Origin: a virus | Taxonomy: Duplodnaviria > Caudoviricetes | Direction: 5' to 3' (one strand) | DNA length: 64,000 bases | IMG/VR virus record: IMGVR_UViG_3300011774_000001 | Location: 166,985 to 230,984 of that record | Made by a program: the position numbers and the translations under genes | Shown here: positions 1 to 8,995 of the stretch, piece after piece | Layout of the letters: every line of letters starts with the position of its first letter | Position numbering within the stretch: position 1 is the first letter of the stretch | The notes under the pieces: model-generated | Databases searched by the model: none | What the model saw: the letters and a program-made list of their open reading frames with translations, nothing else | Told to the model about the DNA's origin: nothing

Positions 1-1
1 C

Positions 2-451
2 CCCCCAGAAGCTGATGAGCAATCGGCAAGAGATCCAAACAAGGCTGCTTGGCAGCATGATTGTCCGATTGAGTACGAGATTGATCAGACTGCGGCAGTG
101 GTAATTGTCGAGTCTGAGGTGTTGGGGGTTATCTACGATCTCCTGCGCCGTAAGCGCATTCGTCTGGGTGTTCCAGAGGATGCGCCCGAGCATGTGTGGT
201 TGTGCAAGGTGTCTTTCGCCATTGGCAGAGTCCTTAACGACTATCACATGGAAGACTTCCGGGACACCAACTGCCTGGCTATTGGTTCTCTGCTCATGAA
301 TGAGCTGATGGATGACATTCGTGAGAGCATGACTTGGATTGCCAACGTGTACTGGGAAGACGTAATTGGCTTCTCCGTGATCAGCGGCACCACCAAAGTC
401 ATGCTGCACTTTTCTGAAGAGGATTTGAACCATGGCGGTATCGCTCCGTAG
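2..451 (+). CDS. Hypothetical protein, 5'-truncated
   Basis: The frame of ORF 98..451 stays open back to position 2, so the gene probably starts upstream of the window. Confidence 0.65.
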   Translation, partial: PPEADEQSARDPNKAAWQHDCPIEYEIDQTAAVVIVESEVLGVIYDLLRRKRIRLGVPEDAPEHVWLCKVSFAIGRVLNDYHMEDFRDTNCLAIGSLLMNELMDDIRESMTWIANVYWEDVIGFSVISGTTKVMLHFSEEDLNHGGIAP

Positions 452-845
452 TCTTACAGTCAATACCAAAATCAACTTCACCATTGCCATGCAGGTCGGC
501 GACCGCTCCGTGTATAACTCGTTCACCTATCTGGGTGAGTCGGGTTACGCATTGGCAGCGTCCGTCAGCGGTGACCTGCGTGCTCTGGTGGCCAGCACCA
601 AAGCCTATTTCCGGCCAGGCTCGCTCAAGGATGAAACCAAGATCACGTACATCGTGGTCAAGGAATCCGAGAGCAGCAAGCCGGTTGTTATTCCTGAACC
701 ACTGTTGGATCTCGATTCGCTGGTGGTTGCAGGCAATGAAATTCACGAGATTGTTATCCGCGATGCCATGACTGCCCAACAGATCCAACAGATCCTGGTC
801 GGTAATGGCATCAAAGACTTCTCGATCAATACGCGACAGGTGTAG
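432..845 (+). CDS. Hypothetical phage protein (137 aa)
   Basis: ATG with GAGGA upstream; overlaps the previous gene; typical codon usage. Confidence 0.75.
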   Translation: MAVSLRSLTVNTKINFTIAMQVGDRSVYNSFTYLGESGYALAASVSGDLRALVASTKAYFRPGSLKDETKITYIVVKESESSKPVVIPEPLLDLDSLVVAGNEIHEIVIRDAMTAQQIQQILVGNGIKDFSINTRQV

Positions 846-847
846 CC

Positions 848-1204
848 ATGACTGCCCCTGTCAGGATTGATGGACCTGTGAAGATAAGTCCTGACTGTCG
901 GGTTGATCTCAATGAGCACCTCAAAGAGATCGACTACCACAAGCGGGGCTTTGACATTGGTTTTAAGGTAGCCGCCATTGAACTGGACACCGATGTGTTC
1001 AGTGTGGAGGAAACCACAGAACACGTGATCTCCAGCGTGGGTAGTTTCAACTCGTCGTTCAGCTTTGAAGCAGACGATGATGAGATACCAACCATCCGCC
1101 ATGTTGACTTTGCGTTAGGGCCTGGTAATGATCTTTTCCTTTTGGCATGCGATGCCAGGGTTAAGTCCATTACCCTGTCCTACGTGGACATCACTCCCCT
1201 CTAA
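848..1204 (+). CDS. Hypothetical protein (118 aa)
   Basis: Starts 2 nt after the previous stop; followed by a T9 tract. Confidence 0.7.
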   Translation: MTAPVRIDGPVKISPDCRVDLNEHLKEIDYHKRGFDIGFKVAAIELDTDVFSVEETTEHVISSVGSFNSSFSFEADDDEIPTIRHVDFALGPGNDLFLLACDARVKSITLSYVDITPL

Positions 1205-1232
1205 TTTTTTTTTGTCTCAAAACAGGTGCCCC

Positions 1233-1859
1233 ATGACCCGTGAAGTCAGATTGAATCCCCGCCTCCATTCCATCATGATGGAGTCGTTGGAAAACGAAGA
1301 CGCCAGCGGCCAGGCGACGCAGGAAGTCGAACATGTTTTCTACGGCAAGATCTCCGATGCCAACCAGCTCGCAGAACTCGCCAAGCAGCCGTTCGTGACC
1401 AAAGTCCTGCAAGAACAGTCGCAAGGCAAACTGGTTACCGGCACCGATGCCAGTCAGGCCGTTACGCTGCGTGTGCGCCGTCTGAACCGTAAAGACTGCG
1501 TGATGACCCGCAAGCAGTTCGTGGAAGGCCAAGCCGGCATGGCTGAAGTCACCCGCGAAATCAATGAAGGTCTGTACGACTTCATGGCCGAGTGCTTCGG
1601 TCAAGGCATGGCCAAGATGCGTTACATCATCGCACCTGAAGGCCAGAAGAAGTTGGAATTCGACGTGTTCCTCGACGCCCATGGTAATACCTTGGGTTAT
1701 GCGAAGTTCGACTTCGAAGTCACCAGCCCAGACGACGTGGTTCCGGCTCTGCCAATCACCCTGACCGAGCTGAAACACCTCAACCCGTACAACTGCACCG
1801 ACGTGGATCGTGCTGCACTGCGCGAGTTCATGAACCAGATGACCTTCAAAACCGTCTGA
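1233..1859 (+). CDS. CYTH / triphosphate-tunnel-metalloenzyme-like protein
   Basis: Motifs in CYTH order: EVEH (ExExK-like), LRVRR, EVTREI, KMRY, LEFDVF, KFDFEV; ATG 1233 chosen as start. Confidence 0.6.
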   Translation: MTREVRLNPRLHSIMMESLENEDASGQATQEVEHVFYGKISDANQLAELAKQPFVTKVLQEQSQGKLVTGTDASQAVTLRVRRLNRKDCVMTRKQFVEGQAGMAEVTREINEGLYDFMAECFGQGMAKMRYIIAPEGQKKLEFDVFLDAHGNTLGYAKFDFEVTSPDDVVPALPITLTELKHLNPYNCTDVDRAALREFMNQMTFKTV

Positions 1860-1897
1860 CATAATGGCCAGCCCAATGGGCTGGCTGTTGTGCCGTC
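1858..1897 (+). terminator. Terminator-like hairpin
   Basis: GGCCAGCCC-AAT-GGGCTGGCT with GACATAA / TTGTGCC flanks directly after the stop. Confidence 0.6.
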
Positions 1898-1951
1898 GAT
1901 TAGAAAGAGCCGGGGACATTAAGTAGTCTCGCACACATAAGACAATTCCCC

Positions 1952-2377
1952 ATGGACACATCACTCGTAGCAGTTGTACCGCTGGCCGAAGTGGTTGATG
2001 ATTTCTTAGCCTTTTTACGCCTAGAGTGCAATCTAGGCGATCTGGCTGGAGCATTGCCAGTAGGCTATATGGTCCAAGAACTTGAACACATCGCCAAGGG
2101 CGCTGTGAACAGAAGTCACGTCAACATGCATGAGCACATGGCTCGTACTCGTGACATCTTTAAATCGTTTAGCAAAGAAGCGGCAGAGCAAGCCGATGAT
2201 CTGGCAGACGAACTTTACATTCTTCTTCGTGCCGAGTTGCCCCAACAACTAGGCAAGGACAAATCGATCTACACCGTGCGTAAAGATGGCAATGCCCTTT
2301 ACATCAATCTGCTGGCATCCAAGGATGCGTGGGCGTACGGAATAGATCCACAGTCGATTATCGATCAGGTACTTTAA
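1952..2377 (+). CDS. Hypothetical protein (141 aa)
   Basis: ORF coupled by a TAATG overlap to the polymerase gene. Confidence 0.7.
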   Translation: MDTSLVAVVPLAEVVDDFLAFLRLECNLGDLAGALPVGYMVQELEHIAKGAVNRSHVNMHEHMARTRDIFKSFSKEAAEQADDLADELYILLRAELPQQLGKDKSIYTVRKDGNALYINLLASKDAWAYGIDPQSIIDQVL

Positions 2378-4764
2378 TGGATCACTTCCTGCTGTCTTCC
2401 GAGCAGTACCAGCGGGACCTTAACGTGGTCCGCACCTACATGAACGACAACGCCTGGTACCTTACCAAGATGCGTGGCCGTGACTTTGAATACAACGTCG
2501 AGTGGATTCGCAAGACGATCGGTAAGGACGGGAAGTTCCCCATCAAGAACCCGTTAGTGACCATTGTTGATAAGGACAAGAATGGTGACCGTTTCATTCG
2601 TAAGGTAGGTTATCTCAACTACCTCAAGAACATCGTAGCCAAAGACCTCATCTGCGCCCCCTCCATGACCACCTACGTGCGTCCTGAGGTGCGACAGTCG
2701 CTGATGGGGGTCTACATCAACGGTAACTTGGCATTGCGCTCTGGGGCTAAGCACGAGTCCCTGGAAGCCAAACTCTCTGCCGACAGCTACGGTGGTGAGA
2801 TCTTCAAGTTGATTGGTGACCGTGAGGCGGAGGGCTGGACCATGCCTCCGTTGACGCCTGAGCTGGAAGCCAAGTTGGCTGACCTGGAACAGAAGTATGG
2901 TTACTACTACGACGTCTCTGAAATTAAGAACAACGAGCAGACCTCGCACAAGATCTTCAACAACGGGATCTCGGGCATGCAGACCATCGGGTCTACTCCG
3001 TTCGTTCTGGTGTCTGCTCACTCCAGCTTGACCTCGGGCTGCCGTTCTGCCGTGTCCTACGGTAACGCCACCATCGAGCGTTTTGTTTCAGGTAGCCGTC
3101 ACTACTGGTCGCCTGAGGTGGTGATCACACAGATCCTGTCTATCTGCCGCGGTACCGACTACGAGAAGTTCGGTGCAGTGATGGAGAAGTACAAGCTCTA
3201 CGTGCCGACCTTCGACGACATCATTGACGCGATCCGTTATTCGACTGAACTGTATTGGACCCACGAAGACTCCATGGAAGAAGTCGGTGAGTTGGTTCAG
3301 ACGCTGACACCAATGGAGCGTGCTGCGTTCCTGTACACCGGTGACATGTTCCACCTGCGTAAACACAACGAAGAGTTCATGCGGGAGTTCTTGAACGAGT
3401 TGTCTGCGGCTAAGAAAGGTACGCATCCTGATCCAATCCCGGTCATCAAATCGATGGACGGTGACCACAAGGCATTGGCCCTGATCCTCTGTGCAGAAGT
3501 GACTGCCGGTAAGAAGGTCAAGGATCTCATCGCCTCGGGTGATCAGCATGCTCTCTCGATGCTTGCACTGACCTATGAAAACATCATGGGTACACTCGAC
3601 AAGTACGTGGACCTGATCCAAACCTTCTGGACCACACTGAACGTTCCGCCAAACATCAGCCGTACTCGTGACATCCGTCGCCGTTCGGTTGTAGGTTCCG
3701 ACACTGACTCCTGCCTGTTCACAGTGCGTGAGTGGGTCAAGTGGAAGAATGGTGCGGCGAAGTTCGACCAACCTTGCCAGGCAACATGGCACACGGTTGT
3801 GTTCATGGCGTGTCAAACCGTGACCCACTCGCTGGCTTGCTTGTCTGCCGGTATGGGTGTGCGTGGTGAGGACGTCAAGAAGTTGGCTATGAAGAACGAG
3901 TACGCCTTCTCGGCATTCGGTCTGACCAACATTGCCAAGCACTACATCGCCTCCATGATCGCTCAAGAAGGTGGTGTGTACTCCAAGGCCAAAGGTGAAA
4001 TCAAGGGCGTGCAGTTTAAGGACTCCAACTCGCCTCCTGAAATCATTGAAGAGTCAAACGGTTACATCAGTTCTGTAATGGATTCGTTGTACCGTACCGG
4101 CGACTTTGAGATCATGCCGATCCTGAAGTCCATGGCCAAGACCGAGGCAGATGTAACTGAGTCCATCAAGAAGGGTGACACCCGGTATCTGAAAGCTGCC
4201 TATGTGCGGCCTAAGTCTGACTACAAGAAGCCGATGTCGTCACACTACTTCCACTACGAACTGTGGCAGAAGGCATTCGCTCACAAGTACGGCCCTGCTC
4301 CGGCATTGCCTTACCGTGCGGTGAAGATCTCGGTGGGACTCAAGAACAAGACCGCCATCAAGCGGTGGGTAGAGGGAATCGAAGACCCAATCATGCGTGC
4401 AGCTCTGGAAGAGATCTACGTGTATGGTGAAGGTGGTGGTGCCAGTGAAGAAGATGATCTGGCTCCAGGTGAGGTTCGCGATATCAAGGAAGAAGAAGGC
4501 GATGTAAGTGAAGACGATGCCCCAGAGAAGGAGAAAGAAAAGGATGACGGCACTGGACCTAAAAAGCCTAAGGCCTCCATCAGTTCCTTCCTCATGCCGC
4601 TGGACATCGTATCGATCAACGGAATCCCAGAAGAGATCCTGCGAGTGGCTAACCTGCGCCGTCAGTCCTACACGACGGTCAGTCCATTCTACTTGACAGC
4701 TGAAACGCTGGGCCTGCCAATGATCAATGCGAACCTCACGAACCTCTTGTCAGATACGCTGTAA
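2377..4764 (+). CDS. Family-B DNA polymerase, subunit with motifs B and C (phiKZ gp50-like)
   Basis: KIFNNGISG (motif B, KxxxNxxxG), GSDTDS (motif C), KHY and EIKGV thumb motifs; motif A and the exonuclease are absent and lie in 35139..36908. Confidence 0.85.
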   Translation: MDHFLLSSEQYQRDLNVVRTYMNDNAWYLTKMRGRDFEYNVEWIRKTIGKDGKFPIKNPLVTIVDKDKNGDRFIRKVGYLNYLKNIVAKDLICAPSMTTYVRPEVRQSLMGVYINGNLALRSGAKHESLEAKLSADSYGGEIFKLIGDREAEGWTMPPLTPELEAKLADLEQKYGYYYDVSEIKNNEQTSHKIFNNGISGMQTIGSTPFVLVSAHSSLTSGCRSAVSYGNATIERFVSGSRHYWSPEVVITQILSICRGTDYEKFGAVMEKYKLYVPTFDDIIDAIRYSTELYWTHEDSMEEVGELVQTLTPMERAAFLYTGDMFHLRKHNEEFMREFLNELSAAKKGTHPDPIPVIKSMDGDHKALALILCAEVTAGKKVKDLIASGDQHALSMLALTYENIMGTLDKYVDLIQTFWTTLNVPPNISRTRDIRRRSVVGSDTDSCLFTVREWVKWKNGAAKFDQPCQATWHTVVFMACQTVTHSLACLSAGMGVRGEDVKKLAMKNEYAFSAFGLTNIAKHYIASMIAQEGGVYSKAKGEIKGVQFKDSNSPPEIIEESNGYISSVMDSLYRTGDFEIMPILKSMAKTEADVTESIKKGDTRYLKAAYVRPKSDYKKPMSSHYFHYELWQKAFAHKYGPAPALPYRAVKISVGLKNKTAIKRWVEGIEDPIMRAALEEIYVYGEGGGASEEDDLAPGEVRDIKEEEGDVSEDDAPEKEKEKDDGTGPKKPKASISSFLMPLDIVSINGIPEEILRVANLRRQSYTTVSPFYLTAETLGLPMINANLTNLLSDTL

Positions 4765-4775
4765 ATAACCGGGAC

Positions 4776-4799
4776 TGAGACCTAGATCATTCATGGGAT
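4776..4799 (+). promoter_or_regulatory. Degenerate copy of the early-promoter-like motif
   Basis: TGAGACCTAGATCATTCATGGGAT resembles the copies at 6635, 16753, 21795 and 58544. Confidence 0.4.
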
Positions 4800-4853
4800 A
4801 ACACCCTGATCTGTGTCAGTTCCGGGAGTTACATTAACGTAAGGGAGGGGTTT

Positions 4854-5150
4854 ATGAAAGGTTATTTTCATTGGAGTCAAATTAAAGTTTTAACAATCGG
4901 TAGAGCACTGGACGGAAGTCACGATCCCGTCTTCCAGGTCACACTGGAGCCTGGTGCTGTGCAATCAATGTCGGCAGACGTTGCGGGGCCAGACGCCCAT
5001 CAGCATCTGTACGTGTTCAGCGAAAACAACAAGGACTTTTATTCTTACCTGCAAGGGGAAGATAAGGTCGACGACAAGTACGCTTACCGCGAAGTCATGT
5101 CCGACCATCTGAAGTTCAAGCAATCGGCAGCCAAGGCGAAGAAGGCATGA
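4854..5150 (+). CDS. Hypothetical protein (98 aa)
   Basis: SD GGAGG upstream of the ATG. Confidence 0.7.
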   Translation: MKGYFHWSQIKVLTIGRALDGSHDPVFQVTLEPGAVQSMSADVAGPDAHQHLYVFSENNKDFYSYLQGEDKVDDKYAYREVMSDHLKFKQSAAKAKKA

Positions 5151-5344
5151 ACATCATCCCAAGATACACCTCAAGCTGGGGTGAGGCACTGGGTGTTATC
5201 ATGCTTGCAGTGGCCCTGCTGATCATCTGTGCAACATTCGCTGGAGCAGCTCTGTTCATGCTGTGGCTTGTCTGGCCGCCAATCCCGGTGGCTTTGGTTT
5301 GCTACATCTTTGATTCATGGCTGTATGAAAGAAAAAATAAGTAA
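5147..5344 (+). CDS. Small membrane protein (65 aa)
   Basis: ATGA overlap with the previous gene; about 40 hydrophobic residues and a basic C-terminus. Confidence 0.65.
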   Translation: MNIIPRYTSSWGEALGVIMLAVALLIICATFAGAALFMLWLVWPPIPVALVCYIFDSWLYERKNK

Positions 5345-5345
5345 C

Positions 5346-5386
5346 GGCATAGCTGCCCGGCCATTGGCCGGGCAGTGCTTTATGCC
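5346..5386. terminator. Bidirectional terminator-like hairpin
   Basis: GGCATAG-CTGCCCGGCC-ATT-GGCCGGGCAG-TGCTT-TATGCC between convergent genes. Confidence 0.7.
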
Positions 5387-6474
5387 ATTGCTTGATCAAT
5401 CAATGCATCAAGTTTGGCGACCACATCTTTGTAGGTGCGGTTGTCCAAAGCGCTGGACATGCCATTGGCACTGATAATGCGAACGAAGATCCGACGGACA
5501 TCATTCGTTGGATACTCACGACCACGGTCAGGCGCCATGTTGGACAATGCCCAAAGGTAACGAAGCAGGTTGTAGCGGGAGATAACCAAGACCCACGTGA
5601 CCTGTGCTGTCGGTGCGTAGTTACCCACAGAGGTAGCACGGCCCAAACTGCCAACCAATGGAACCGGCAGCGTTCCAATGAGGTGTTCGAACTTCACCTT
5701 CTTGTCCATCATTATTCGAGTAAAGGTCTCGAAGATTTTTTGACCAGCCTCTGTTCTGTTGATGTAACTTTTCGACAGACGGATGACTTGGTTGTTGACA
5801 GGGTTACCCTCGGCAATCGCACAGCAGCGGTTCATGATGGCAATGGCGTACTGGCTGAACTTCAGCTTAGGTAGCACATGCATACTCACGAACATCTGAG
5901 GTGAACGCTTGTCGGGGTCCGCACTGGCGAGCTGCTCTCGCATCCAGAGAGTGTACTGCAGCATCAGCAGACCCAGGTCAATCTCAACCACGTCAAAGCC
6001 AAGCCCAATGAGATCTTCGCTTTCAGCGCTGCTCCCTAGGGTGAGGTTGGTCGAATCGTGACTCAGGTATCGAATCGCTACCATGTCGGTGTAAGGCGTG
6101 TTGCGGGTCACACCGCGACGAAAGGGCGACTCCCCGAGTAGGTAGATGGTCCGGTTACCCGAATCACCAATGTGCATGCGACCGTTGTTTGTCTGAGCAG
6201 TGAAGCCGAACGTCATGGCAATCTCGTTGCTGAGAAAGCTACAGCGTCGGTAGATGTCTTCCACTGTTCTGGACAGGTCGTAGCCTGCCTTCTGGGCAAG
6301 CGTGGTTAAAAGGCTAACCATCCAATGGTCTGGCGGTACAGAGCTGACATCTCGGTTCCGCCAATCGATGAAGCTTTTGATATCCTGTTCATAGTTGCTG
6401 ATGAACTGATTGGATGCGCCCACCGGCGAAGCAGCAACCTCTTCCGGCAAAGATCCGCTGGTGAGATCAAACAT
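5380..6474 (-). CDS. Conserved chimallivirus protein, possibly virion-associated (phiKZ gp52-like by synteny)
   Basis: 364-aa ORF divergent from chimallin, matching the phiKZ layout. Confidence 0.65.
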   Translation of the reverse strand: MFDLTSGSLPEEVAASPVGASNQFISNYEQDIKSFIDWRNRDVSSVPPDHWMVSLLTTLAQKAGYDLSRTVEDIYRRCSFLSNEIAMTFGFTAQTNNGRMHIGDSGNRTIYLLGESPFRRGVTRNTPYTDMVAIRYLSHDSTNLTLGSSAESEDLIGLGFDVVEIDLGLLMLQYTLWMREQLASADPDKRSPQMFVSMHVLPKLKFSQYAIAIMNRCCAIAEGNPVNNQVIRLSKSYINRTEAGQKIFETFTRIMMDKKVKFEHLIGTLPVPLVGSLGRATSVGNYAPTAQVTWVLVISRYNLLRYLWALSNMAPDRGREYPTNDVRRIFVRIISANGMSSALDNRTYKDVVAKLDALIDQAMA

Positions 6475-6634
6475 CGTGGGAGTCCTTTAAAAGGTGTGAG
6501 AAAGGTCAAAAGATAGACCAGTGTATTTTTCTCGCACGGGTGTACCTATGGTATAGCTCAAAAGCGAATCGCGCCGTGCAGGTGCATAAACCCTTTGCCG
6601 CCAGTTTAAGAAATTGACTGGAAACAAGATGATC

Positions 6635-6658
6635 TGAAACCTAGACTATCAATGTGAA
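6635..6658 (+). promoter_or_regulatory. Early-promoter-like motif upstream of chimallin
   Basis: TGAAACCTAGACTATCAATGTGAA, repeated upstream of other early genes. Confidence 0.65.
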
Positions 6659-6713
6659 TAGTCTGGGGATTAGCTATTCATTGGCCAAGTTTAATCCCAT
6701 CAAGGAGACGGCA

Positions 6714-8744
6714 ATGCCCGTTGAAAAACGCGGCGACGCTTCATCCGGGAACATCATGGCGGAGGCTTTCAAGAAGGCCACTGCTACGAATCCCGAACCG
6801 TCGCCAAAACAGGATGAGACACCTGCAGCGTCTTCCGCTGCGGATATCCGCCCTGATCCGGTTGTGGCTAAAAAGCCTCAGCCTGCTCCACGACAACCGC
6901 AAGCCCAGCAACGCGAAGCTGTTGTCGAACAATCCAATCACGTGAATAAGGACAGCGTTACCATGACTCAAACTGACTTCTCCCAAGGCCGTCGCGGCGC
7001 GGACAACAAGACCTTCACCCTGAACGACATGGGTTCGAAGCGTCTGCGTCCTCTCAGCCGTTCCGCCGGCTCGGTGCGCGCCAAAGAACTGGCGACTGCA
7101 ATCGAGAAAGAGCTGAAAGCTGGCCTGAACCAGGATGGCGTGTCGACCTGGGCTGTCCAGATCCTCGACGCTTCCCAGCTGAACCTGCCGACTTCCGCGG
7201 TCGTGCTGCTGCAAACCGTCGTTGCCGAAAACACCGACCACATCGCCATGTACTCCTTCATGATCGATGGCCCGGACATTCGTCTGTCGCCACGTGTCGA
7301 CAAGGTCGATGGCCGTCCGTACGAAACTCCGGTTGTGATCGGCGACATCTACAACAGCCAGGACTACATCACCCGCGCTGAAGAGCTGGTGAAACAGGCC
7401 CGCCCGAACAAGACCATCAATCTGGTCGACGCCGGTGCATCGGTCTTCCCGGCCACCTACAGCATCGAGCAACACGGCGGTGTGTGGGACCTGCTGTACA
7501 AAGCAACCATGGCCCTGTTCAACACCATGAACAACCAGGTTGACCTGGCTACCGAACCTGCCTACACCCTGGCCGGTCGTTCCGCTGCAACCGAGCAACT
7601 GGTTGGTCGTCTGAACTTCTCCGGCGAGAAGTACATCGACGAAGTTGGCCACCCTCAACGTCACGATGTCGTGATCGAGATGGATTCCGTGCGTCACCAG
7701 GCAGGTCGCGACTTCTCCGGCAACTCCAGCAACGTGACCAAGGTCGCGGGCTTCATGGAGCCGGTTTACGCTCAGCCTGATCCACAGAACCCAGCCAACA
7801 ACCAGCCGTTCCTCAACCAGTTCGTGATCACCCAGCTGGCTTCCGGTTACGACGCGATCGAAACCGAAATGACCATCCTGGCGCTGGTTACTGCGACCAT
7901 GGTTCAAGTGCGCAATGGTTGGGCTGACGCCTACCTGCCACGCTACGCCAACCAGGGCAAAGAGCTGAACTACCGCGACGTCGGCGCGCTGGGCTTCTGC
8001 ATGCAGGACGCCAAGCGTATCGATACCAAGGCTGCCAGCTTCAAGGAAAACTTCGGCCAGTTCATGCGCGACTACTTCCGCCTGAACCAAGGCGTGATCT
8101 TCTCCATGGACATCCCTGAAGTCGGTCCTGATGCGTTCATCACTGACATCTTCCGCGCTGCGGCCGGTGGCAATGGCAACGCAATCGCAGCTCTGACCCA
8201 GGCCTGCGACAACCTGACCGGCGGTGTGTACAGCCAGAAGGTTGCTCAGTATGGCGGCGGTTTCCCAATGTTCATCGACACTGGCAACCGTATCCACAAC
8301 GGCTTCTACGTGAACGAAGCTGGTGAGCTGCGCGACATCCGTGACATCGACATGCTGGCTGTTGCCAACGTGCTCGGCAAGACCAACCCGCAAGCGCTGG
8401 TCGACTACGCTGACTCCTACGTTGCATCCACCGGTCAGGCGGCTGTGCGTATGTCCAAGCGTCTGGCGATCATCGACGACGTGCTGCAAGGTCGTCAGGT
8501 CATCACTGGCTACAGCGGTCGTTACATCATCGGCCCAAAATGGCTGCAGATCATCTCCGAAGCTTGCCAAGCGTGCAACCTGGTCGTTAACCCGGCCAAC
8601 ATGGTTCACGGTCTGGGCTCCGGCGCAGTTCTGGGTGGTTACGACTACGCTGCGTTCGCTGCTGGCGGCGCTGGCGGTGGCGTGTTCAACGGCGGTGGCA
8701 ACAGCAACCCACAATCGGCTTACGCCGGTCGCGGTCGCTGGTAA
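6714..8744 (+). CDS. chmA: Chimallin, phage nuclear shell protein (phiKZ gp54-like)
   Basis: ~600-680 aa, very strong codon bias, lies between the gp52-like gene and nvRNAP beta'; GxY...G.LRDIRDIDML motif; SD AAGGAG before ATG 6714; alternative start at 6963. Confidence 0.85.
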   Translation: MPVEKRGDASSGNIMAEAFKKATATNPEPSPKQDETPAASSAADIRPDPVVAKKPQPAPRQPQAQQREAVVEQSNHVNKDSVTMTQTDFSQGRRGADNKTFTLNDMGSKRLRPLSRSAGSVRAKELATAIEKELKAGLNQDGVSTWAVQILDASQLNLPTSAVVLLQTVVAENTDHIAMYSFMIDGPDIRLSPRVDKVDGRPYETPVVIGDIYNSQDYITRAEELVKQARPNKTINLVDAGASVFPATYSIEQHGGVWDLLYKATMALFNTMNNQVDLATEPAYTLAGRSAATEQLVGRLNFSGEKYIDEVGHPQRHDVVIEMDSVRHQAGRDFSGNSSNVTKVAGFMEPVYAQPDPQNPANNQPFLNQFVITQLASGYDAIETEMTILALVTATMVQVRNGWADAYLPRYANQGKELNYRDVGALGFCMQDAKRIDTKAASFKENFGQFMRDYFRLNQGVIFSMDIPEVGPDAFITDIFRAAAGGNGNAIAALTQACDNLTGGVYSQKVAQYGGGFPMFIDTGNRIHNGFYVNEAGELRDIRDIDMLAVANVLGKTNPQALVDYADSYVASTGQAAVRMSKRLAIIDDVLQGRQVITGYSGRYIIGPKWLQIISEACQACNLVVNPANMVHGLGSGAVLGGYDYAAFAAGGAGGGVFNGGGNSNPQSAYAGRGRW

Positions 8745-8750
8745 GAAATT

Positions 8751-8925
8751 CGGTCGGGCGCTTTGTTCCCCTTAGCGCCTGACTGGATCGGCTGGATAGC
8801 CCCAAACAAACTGCGACTATCGAGGCTGGCTCCTCCTGGGGATTCACTATCCGGCAAATTAGGTCGACGCAAATGCCTCTCAGCCGAAGGCTGAGAAAAG
8901 ATCAAGGGTAGGCTGCCCTGCGATC
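8751..8925 (+). ncRNA. Candidate structured RNA (chmA 3' UTR or RNAP leader)
   Basis: Four predicted stems in a non-coding gap, several with G-U pairs on the + strand. Confidence 0.4.
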
Positions 8926-8929
8926 GATC

Positions 8930-8980
8930 GGGTATAGCCCTCCTTCGGGAGGGCTCTACTTATGCCCTCAATTCTTTTTT
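8930..8980 (+). terminator. Terminator-like hairpin
   Basis: AGCCCTCC-TTCG-GGAGGGCT then TTATGCC and a distal T tract. Confidence 0.7.
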
Positions 8981-8995
8981 ATGGGAGATTCGGCT

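Noticed and set aside
6741-8714. 657-aa ORF antisense to chimallin (likewise 18238..19998, 40248..41921, 52174..53406 and 46458..48224 against their genes)
   Set aside because: Biased sense codons rarely create stops in the mirror frame; these are shadows of real genes
8720-8905. 61-aa minus-strand ORF in the chmA-RNAP gap
   Set aside because: No SD, non-ATG start, atypical composition; RNA structure explains the region better
8853-8915. Firm c-di-GMP-I riboswitch call
   Set aside because: Only short motifs match and the GNRA-capped helix is absent; kept only as a generic structured-RNA candidate
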